A stretch of 64,000 nt of DNA, from assembly GCA_028279765.1 (NCBI GenBank), contig JANQND010000011.1, forward strand, positions 30,976-94,975, written 5' to 3'. Each line of letters starts with the position of its first letter. Position 1 is the stretch's first letter. The translations under genes and the position numbers were made by a program. Origin of the DNA: Candidatus Nanoarchaeia archaeon (lineage in GTDB: Archaea; Nanobdellota; Nanobdellia; Woesearchaeales; WJIZ01). Positions 57,404 to 64,000 of this stretch are shown piece after piece. Under the pieces are notes generated by a model that was not told the DNA's origin, did not search any database, and saw nothing but the letters and a program-made list of their open reading frames with translations.

Positions 57404-59644
57404 ATGAGAAAGATAATACTGACCATGCTTCTTTGTTGCCTGTTTTCTGTTAGCGTGAGTGCTGCAAAAATATTCCCTAACTGCCCCACCGAATCCGATG
57501 AAGATGGAGAGGTACAGCAAATCATTGGCAGAGGGCTGTTTGAGTTTCTTAAGAATCCTGAGCAGAGCAAGGTAACTGCTGATGAACTCAAGGATGTTAT
57601 CGAGTTTTATTTTGCGCTTGATTCGTGCTATACTAAAGGGATGCGTACGAATTTACACTATATTGATATTCTTAATAAAATATCAAATATAGGCTATATT
57701 CAGGTGCAGCCGGGAAATGATTGTACGCTTAATACGACTACTATTCAAAATGGAAGCTGGTATGAAGAGTTCTATTGTATTGATGGCCTGCTTCATGCTG
57801 ACTGCACTGATACAAATGCTGAATGTCCGCAGGGAACACTGTGTAATGCGACATCTGGCAGGTGTTATGGAGATGAGCTCATTAATGGATCAGTCTCCCC
57901 ACCTTCTCTTGACCTACCGCCGGGATTGATCTCTTGGTGGACCTTTGATGACCTTGAGGGAGATACCGTTAAAGATGAGGCTGGAAACTACAATGGAACA
58001 TTACATGAGGGCTCAAGCCCTGCAGGTTCTGGTGAGGGTCCTCAACAAGTAACAGGAGTAAAAGGTATGGCATTAAACTTTGATGGTATCAATGATCATA
58101 TTAAAGTAGGAGCAATAGATGAGCTGACCACCTATAATTTTACAATTGCTGCCTGGGTGAAAGGGGAGGGAACCATTGTTGACATTGGGCGAGGTGCTCC
58201 TCATGCAGCTTACGGTATAAAAAAAGATCACCGCGTGCGAGCATATGCAAAGTACCCTCTCAAAAATTATAACGAAAAATATTCTTACGCTCCAGAGGAA
58301 TGGAACTTCATTGTAGCTTCCTTTTGGGGTCCGATTGAGTGGGACCAGTTTAACTTTAACAAGTATATTGCATTATACCATAATCGAGATAGTAAACCAA
58401 TTCGTTCCCATACTGCATTGAAGCATACTTCTGCAAAATTCCTCTCTATTGGATTGTCATGGTATCATTACTATAATGATTATTTCAGCGGTATTATCGA
58501 TGAAGTGATGATTTTTGATCGTGTATTGACGGAATCTGAAAAGGATTCATTATATGATGCAGTAGCTGATATTCCAAATAATGGGGTATGCGGAAATAAA
58601 AAAGATCCTAGTGAATTTGACTGTGGGCCTCTCGTATTACTCGAAAGCTGTTCAGAGGACCCCTTAGATCAGCAAGGTATGCAATATATCTTGCAAAACG
58701 ATGTCACCACAGCAACTGGAAACTGCTTTACGGTTACTGCAGATGATATTTATTTGAACCTCAACTCCAAAACTATTACTGCTCAAGCACCCAGCAGCAA
58801 TGGTATCAATCTTCAAGCTCAGAATGCTACTGTTCGAGATGGAACTCTTGTCCTGGCAGGCATAACGATTGATTCAAGTAGTTCAAAAAACACTATTGAA
58901 GATCTGGATATTCAGATGGATGGAGAAGAGGGAATTGTAGTCAAAGGAGATGATAATTTTCTTCGGTCAAACACTATTGATGGTGCAGAAAAGGCTATTC
59001 ACGTAGTTTCATCAGGGGGAAATTTTGTTGAAACGAATACCATAACCGACTCTACCCTTGGAATCTATTTACACAATGCAAGCAATAATCAATTATCCTC
59101 AAATAATGTTCGAAACAGCGAAGATGATGGAATTCTCCTCTCAAAAAGTTTGAATAATACTTTAATAGCAAACCGTGTGTACGACAGTATAGGGGAGGGA
59201 ATTGTTCTGCTCGATAAAAGCTCCTTCAATCAGATCCGCTACAGTATAACACAAGGAAACCATTATGGGATTGCCATCATATCCAGCGGTAATAATACCT
59301 TCACGCAAAACAATGCACATAGGAATCGAGATTCTGGATTCTATAGTACTAGCGGGCACAATAATAGGTTTAACGCAGACAGAGCAAATGAAAATGAGGT
59401 AAATGGATGGACTATTCGGCTATCAAATGATAACAGTTTCAGTGGAATACAAGCATATAATAACGTAAACTATGGTATCCGATTCAATCTGCATGCTAGA
59501 AATAATATTACGAACAGTGTAGCCTGTGGAAACTCGGCATTTGATATACATTGTAAGCATGGCGTGCTCGGAGAAAGTACTTCTGGAAATAGGGCTGACA
59601 GTGCTGTCGGATGTACTTCGCTAACCGTTCAGAGTTGTTCATAA
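57404..59644 (+). CDS. secreted LamG-like + parallel beta-helix repeat protein (paralog of upstream gene)
   Basis: The same N-terminal Cys-rich domain (about 60% identical to its neighbour), a concanavalin/LamG_3-like segment (WWTFDD...GVKGMALNFDG...NFTIAAWVK), and PbH1 repeats. Confidence 0.65.
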   Translation: MRKIILTMLLCCLFSVSVSAAKIFPNCPTESDEDGEVQQIIGRGLFEFLKNPEQSKVTADELKDVIEFYFALDSCYTKGMRTNLHYIDILNKISNIGYIQVQPGNDCTLNTTTIQNGSWYEEFYCIDGLLHADCTDTNAECPQGTLCNATSGRCYGDELINGSVSPPSLDLPPGLISWWTFDDLEGDTVKDEAGNYNGTLHEGSSPAGSGEGPQQVTGVKGMALNFDGINDHIKVGAIDELTTYNFTIAAWVKGEGTIVDIGRGAPHAAYGIKKDHRVRAYAKYPLKNYNEKYSYAPEEWNFIVASFWGPIEWDQFNFNKYIALYHNRDSKPIRSHTALKHTSAKFLSIGLSWYHYYNDYFSGIIDEVMIFDRVLTESEKDSLYDAVADIPNNGVCGNKKDPSEFDCGPLVLLESCSEDPLDQQGMQYILQNDVTTATGNCFTVTADDIYLNLNSKTITAQAPSSNGINLQAQNATVRDGTLVLAGITIDSSSSKNTIEDLDIQMDGEEGIVVKGDDNFLRSNTIDGAEKAIHVVSSGGNFVETNTITDSTLGIYLHNASNNQLSSNNVRNSEDDGILLSKSLNNTLIANRVYDSIGEGIVLLDKSSFNQIRYSITQGNHYGIAIISSGNNTFTQNNAHRNRDSGFYSTSGHNNRFNADRANENEVNGWTIRLSNDNSFSGIQAYNNVNYGIRFNLHARNNITNSVACGNSAFDIHCKHGVLGESTSGNRADSAVGCTSLTVQSCS

Positions 59645-59678
59645 GCAAGAAAAGGAGCAAACATTCGTTTGAAAGGAA

Positions 59679-60167
59679 TTATCTCTTTTTCCCACTGTAT
59701 TTTTCTTTAATGCGTCTAAGAACTGAATCAGGAACTAAATCCTGTAACCCTCCTCCTAATGACGCCACTTCCTTGACTACAGAGGAACTTAGATAGCAGT
59801 ATTTTCCCCTGGTCATGATAAATACGGTTTCAATACTGGAGTCTAATTTTCGGTTCATGAGCGCTGCCTGAAACTCAAAATCAAAATCAGATACTGCTCT
59901 TAGCCCTCTAATAAGAGCCTGAGACTTTTTTTCTTTTACGAAATCTACGAGAAGTCCGGAAAAATGATCAACTTCCACTTTGAGATGCTTGGTTGCTTCT
60001 TTGACCATCTCTTTTCTTTCTTCAACAGAAAAAAGATAGTTCTTCTCTTGATTCTCTCCGACAGCGATGATTACCTTATCGAATATTTTTAATGCTCGTT
60101 CGATAATATCTACGTGACCCATCGTAATAGGATCAAAACTTCCTGGGTATACACCTACTTTCTCCAT
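59679..60167 (-). CDS. coaD: Phosphopantetheine adenylyltransferase, bacterial type
   Basis: GVYPGSFDPITMGH with a nucleotidyltransferase H/TxGH motif. Size 162 aa, typical of bacterial CoaD. Confidence 0.85.
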   Translation of the reverse strand: MEKVGVYPGSFDPITMGHVDIIERALKIFDKVIIAVGENQEKNYLFSVEERKEMVKEATKHLKVEVDHFSGLLVDFVKEKKSQALIRGLRAVSDFDFEFQAALMNRKLDSSIETVFIMTRGKYCYLSSSVVKEVASLGGGLQDLVPDSVLRRIKEKYSGKKR

Positions 60168-60202
60168 AGGCCTAAAGAATGATTTATTGGTTATAATGGT
60201 TA

Positions 60203-60790
60203 CTATTTTTCTGCGGATCTTTTCTTGCTAAGTGTTTCTATGAGCTTTTGAACATTATTCTTGAGTTCTTCTTTCGTTCCTGAATTATCAATAATATAGT
60301 CCGCAGAGCTTATTTTTTCATCTTGTGGAAGCTGCGATTTGATGATCGTGCGAATTTCTTGCTCAGAATATTTTCCTTTTTGTAATAATCGTTTAACCTG
60401 TTCTTGCTCATCACAGGTGATGAGAACCAGTATGTCGTGTATGTTCCACCCTGCTTCAATCGCAAGCGCAGCCTCAATGACAATGTCTGATTGCTTATTC
60501 ACTGTTTTTTTTTTAATCTCCTCAAGAATTAGTGGATGAACGAGCGCATTCAATTCTTTTAATTTCTGTGCATCATAAAATACAATTTCTTTTAGCTTTT
60601 TGCGGTCAATTTCATTATTGGTAAGGATATTTTTATCAAATAGATTGACGACTTTTTGCTTTACTTCTTCAGTTAAATAGAGTTCATGTCCCACGTAATC
60701 GGCATTGATATAATCGAACCCCTGATCAGAAAACACTTCTGCAGCGCAGGATTTTCCGCATCCTATCGATCCTGTAATGGCTATGATCAT
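60203..60790 (-). CDS. coaE: Dephospho-CoA kinase, bacterial type
   Basis: IAITGSIGCGKS P-loop and overall CoaE layout. Size 195 aa. Confidence 0.8.
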   Translation of the reverse strand: MIIAITGSIGCGKSCAAEVFSDQGFDYINADYVGHELYLTEEVKQKVVNLFDKNILTNNEIDRKKLKEIVFYDAQKLKELNALVHPLILEEIKKKTVNKQSDIVIEAALAIEAGWNIHDILVLITCDEQEQVKRLLQKGKYSEQEIRTIIKSQLPQDEKISSADYIIDNSGTKEELKNNVQKLIETLSKKRSAEK

Positions 60791-60841
60791 GGATCCTCTA
60801 GAAGAAAAGAGATGTTAAATAACTTATGTTTCCTAGCGATT

Positions 60842-61159
60842 CTATGAACTTTTCTTTTCAAATTTTTCTCTGATGAGAAAGAACATCGTTACGATATTAG
60901 TAAAGAGGAGCATCATAATAGCGATGGATTGCACTCCTAATGCAGATGCAGACCCATCCTCTTTCACGGCAAAACCGGAAATGCCCTGTATTCCCAGGCT
61001 TCCTGAGTAGCCTGCGATTACAAATAAGAATAAGCCCACCCAGAATACGCCAACAATAACAAACGGCCTGATATTTCTGTTCATAGGCGAACACTGACCT
61101 GAGAGGTATTTAAATTTTATGGAACCTTGAGATGAACACTGGACATTAAAAGGCAACAA
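60842..61159 (-). CDS. small membrane protein, hypothetical
   Basis: Hydrophobic 105-aa ORF. Confidence 0.35.
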   Translation of the reverse strand: MLPFNVQCSSQGSIKFKYLSGQCSPMNRNIRPFVIVGVFWVGLFLFVIAGYSGSLGIQGISGFAVKEDGSASALGVQSIAIMMLLFTNIVTMFFLIREKFEKKSS

Positions 61160-61628
61160 CTTTTCCTTCTCTTACTGAATACGATTTATTATCATCTAAC
61201 TTTAAATAAAGTGTCTCTGTATTTGTATAATCGTTACTTTGATCCCTTATAAAATCGAGTGTAACTTCGTCATTTTTTGGCTCTTGCACATAGATGAAAA
61301 AGGAGTCTTTGCTTTTCTCTAATCTCTTAAAATCCTTAACAACTCCTTTCTTACTTCCCCAATACTTTACTTCTATTGGTATTTCTAGTGAGTCATTACT
61401 ATCTTCATCTGGATCATCAACAACAAGATCAAACCCTTTGAAACCACCTTCGCTTCCCATACGAACTGAAAATGTATTCCAGAACTTTTCATCTACCTTA
61501 TTGAGGATGAAGTATAGGTCGGCATGAATATAAGACTCGAACCCGTATTCATCTAAGTCACTAAGTATCCTCTCGAAGAGAATCTTAACACCTTTTTTGA
61601 TATAGTCTTTAAGTTCTTCTGACTTCAT
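61146..61628 (-). CDS. hypothetical protein
   Basis: 160 aa with no motif. Confidence 0.4.
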   Translation of the reverse strand: MKSEELKDYIKKGVKILFERILSDLDEYGFESYIHADLYFILNKVDEKFWNTFSVRMGSEGGFKGFDLVVDDPDEDSNDSLEIPIEVKYWGSKKGVVKDFKRLEKSKDSFFIYVQEPKNDEVTLDFIRDQSNDYTNTETLYLKLDDNKSYSVREGKVVAF

Positions 61629-61763
61629 AAAGCTCTAGATTTTTTCTTCTTTTTAAAAATTATGAAAGAGAAATGCAACCTTTCAATCGTTTACTCTACA
61701 GCTTATGGAACCTGGTAACTGAGAAAAAAAAGAACAGAGAAAAAAACTGTAATACACTCTACT

Positions 61764-61920
61764 TTACTTCATCATCCTCTTCATCTTCTTTTTCTGTATC
61801 ACCCTCGGATGCTTCTTCTGCTCCTTTAGAGAATGCAGCCTCAGCAGGGGACATTTCATCATCATCAACCTGGTCATCAGGGTCTTCTGTTATTCTATCT
61901 TCATAGTCTTCGTCAGACAT
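61764..61920 (-). CDS. small highly acidic protein (about 51 aa, unannotated)
   Basis: Manual translation gives MSDEDYEDRITEDPDDQVDDDEMSPAEAAFSKGAEEASEGDTEKEDEEDDEV. Confidence 0.35.
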
Positions 61921-61985
61921 AGTACCACCTAGTTCATTTCCTCATCAGGTTATTTATATAGTTTACGCAGAGAGATATAGCGGGT

Positions 61986-63968
61986 TTATTCCATAGGTGT
62001 CTCGCTCCAGAGTGTCCAGTCATTACTGGGTGCGTACGCTCCGAAGATGAAATAGGGTGATTGTCCCTGCCCGAAATAACTGTGCTGCATCTGGCTCCAG
62101 CGATCCTGAGGACCGCCCCCGCCTCCTCCACCGCCGGCACCATAAATAGGTGATCCAAGAAATCTCCAGGTTTTCATGAGGCCATGAAAGTCTGAGAGGT
62201 CGGTAGACGCATCCGCCCCCGGCTCGATAGTGATGGCATCCTCATAGCCATGCTTTTTCATAATATGCAAAAACTCTTTGAGGGGTGCGTTTCCCTCTCC
62301 GGGAGAGAGATGATCATCCTGATACCCGAAATTATCCACCAGATGCACATTGCCGACCATTTTTTCTTTTGCTAAGTCCTCTATTTGGTTAAGGTACCAG
62401 TTTTTGAATTCCTGCTCATTTTCTTCTTCACTTGCGCCCGGCTTAGGCTGAAAATATTTCCTCCAGAGATTGAGATGGCCGGTATCGATCGTTGCCCTGA
62501 TATGCGTTTCTGCCAGCTTCTTTGCTTCTTCTTTGTTCAGATCAGAGCGATAGAAAGGGTTTTCCTGCTTTCTTACTGATAGCTCCCCTGTTGCAGGATC
62601 CTTGTCAAAAACTGATTCTCCCTGATACGTTGTTCCTAATTCCATTTCAGGCTCAGTCAAATAGTCCACCATCCGATCCCTTGCACGCTGAATGATCCAT
62701 TTGAGTTCTGCAGGGTGGCCTCCAAATCGCTCCGGAAAGATGTGCTCGATGGAGACGAAGATGGGCTTTTCTGGATTGTCTGACTTGTTCATGGCATGCA
62801 GGCCGGATTCTGCATAATGCCTGATGGAGTATCGGTCAACGTACTTGAGCGGCTCGACGATATGCCGTTTGTTTTCTGCGGTATCAAATGCCTGCTGCTC
62901 CTGCGAGGCTGATGACTGCCTTGCGAACTCTAATTGCTTCTGCTCTGCACGGATAGCATCATTTATTGCTTCCAGGGGCGAGAGTGTCTCTGATGGAATC
63001 ATTCCTTGAGTTGCAATGGTAATATTAAATTGCTTTTCACGCATGAGCTTCCATTTCTCTTCTTCAGGCATGTTCTTGTCTAACTCTTCATAAAAATTTT
63101 TTGCCTCATGCAGCTTGTTGAGATTATCCAGGTGAATATCGGTACTCAGCCCGTACTGCAGTGCCCATCCCCTGGAGTGGCCTTCCTGTGTTTCCAGTGT
63201 TGCCTGCAGGAATGCCTCGGTTTGGGTCGTCGTGTCATAAAAATCAAGCTGCGCGTTAGATCCGTCTTCTCTTTGCAGGTTTCGCAGCTTATAGTAATTC
63301 TTCTCATCTGCTTCCTGCTTGAAATCTTCATAGCTCATGTACCTGATTTCGAACCTGCCTGAATCGCGATTATATTGCGGAACCCTTCCCTTGTTTGGGT
63401 CGAATGGGTCGTCAATGAGGTTTCCCCGATAATCAATGTAATCTCCTTTTCTTACGGTATGGCCGTTTTCGTCGACGTACTGCGATTTTCCTCCTGCCCT
63501 TTTCCAGAACTCGTCATTTGTTTCATCGTACCTGTTCCAGACCGGAAACGCTACCAGGCGATCCTTTTCCACGGTTCCCATTGCCTGGCCGGTTCGATCG
63601 TCAACCAGATAGAACTTTGCATCTTTATCTTCTGTCAGGCGCTGCTTGAACATGATCCTGCCGTCCTGCCCCTCTGAGAGGTTATGCCCGTTTGTTGGAT
63701 CGAGGTACATGTCCGTAAGCGGCCGTAAGAATTCTCCAGTATGAATCACTACGCTCCCTCCGCCTGCAACATCGGCAGCAAAGTCAATTGCCCGCTCGAC
63801 TTCGTGCTGTGCCTGGCGTGCCCTGTTCATGTCAAATTTGATCATATCTGACCCCTGCTCGATCGCGCCGGTCATGCCCATCATCTGGTAGGCGGCATGA
63901 GTAGTGTACTCCACTTCATTGATCTCTGCCATTTCCCGTAGCGCCTGCCGCTGATCTCTTCCGTACAT
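61986..63968 (-). CDS. large hypothetical protein with C-terminal xylose-isomerase-like TIM-barrel domain and poly-Gly tract (N-terminus may lie beyond window)
   Basis: C-terminal region has motifs IDTGHLN and HLVDNFGYQDD...EP resembling sugar-phosphate isomerase/AP-endonuclease-2 TIM barrels, plus GAGGGGGGGGP. This region is more GC-rich than the rest of the window. Confidence 0.5.
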   Translation of the reverse strand: MYGRDQRQALREMAEINEVEYTTHAAYQMMGMTGAIEQGSDMIKFDMNRARQAQHEVERAIDFAADVAGGGSVVIHTGEFLRPLTDMYLDPTNGHNLSEGQDGRIMFKQRLTEDKDAKFYLVDDRTGQAMGTVEKDRLVAFPVWNRYDETNDEFWKRAGGKSQYVDENGHTVRKGDYIDYRGNLIDDPFDPNKGRVPQYNRDSGRFEIRYMSYEDFKQEADEKNYYKLRNLQREDGSNAQLDFYDTTTQTEAFLQATLETQEGHSRGWALQYGLSTDIHLDNLNKLHEAKNFYEELDKNMPEEEKWKLMREKQFNITIATQGMIPSETLSPLEAINDAIRAEQKQLEFARQSSASQEQQAFDTAENKRHIVEPLKYVDRYSIRHYAESGLHAMNKSDNPEKPIFVSIEHIFPERFGGHPAELKWIIQRARDRMVDYLTEPEMELGTTYQGESVFDKDPATGELSVRKQENPFYRSDLNKEEAKKLAETHIRATIDTGHLNLWRKYFQPKPGASEEENEQEFKNWYLNQIEDLAKEKMVGNVHLVDNFGYQDDHLSPGEGNAPLKEFLHIMKKHGYEDAITIEPGADASTDLSDFHGLMKTWRFLGSPIYGAGGGGGGGGPQDRWSQMQHSYFGQGQSPYFIFGAYAPSNDWTLWSETPME

Positions 63969-64000
63969 TCCGGGTGTTTGCGCCTGCCGGTTCCCGGAGA

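Noticed and set aside
1-64000. CRISPR arrays, IS elements, integrases.
   Set aside because: No regularly spaced direct repeats, no transposase or integrase-like ORFs, and no terminal inverted repeats were seen. The only repeats are the intragenic tandem repeat at 33520-33960 and the paired structured elements described above.

Overview
This is a low-GC (about 40%) archaeal chromosome segment with a DPANN-like character. The archaeal origin is supported by an archaeal histone, TFE, RpoF and RpoK, ribosomal proteins L21e and L15e, Pth2, aCPSF1, both proteasome subunits and the exosome superoperon (pop5-psmA-rrp4-rrp41-rrp42-rpoK), and by two intron-containing tRNAs.

The window is mostly housekeeping and metabolism: tenA/thiL/thiD (thiamine), hypCDE+hypF (hydrogenase maturation), guaA, a purF-like gene, hisS, MetAP2, AMP phosphorylase, a Zur-like Fur regulator with a COG0523 GTPase and ZnuABC, and a DHS / fold-III decarboxylase / agmatinase hypusine cluster. 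It also contains bacterial-type coaD/coaE and an SDR-hydrolase-TetR-VOC cassette.

The unexplained signals worth follow-up are:
- two homologous GC-rich structured elements (about 8303-8436 and 12307-12447) that share conserved motifs and show helix covariation;
- a third GC-rich non-coding island (41719-41960);
- a tRNA-Ala with an apparent D-loop intron;
- a 746-aa K-rich/acidic tandem-repeat protein with C-terminal CGCG motifs, plus an unknown neighbour, inserted between the Zur/COG0523 genes and znuABC;
- a three-gene module of a Cys-rich lipoprotein followed by two paralogous beta-helix surface proteins that share a novel Cys-rich N-terminal domain;
- a Ski2/Mtr4-type helicase with a DSHCT domain.

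Every call rests on reading motifs in the six-frame translations and the nucleotide sequence by eye. No database searches were run.
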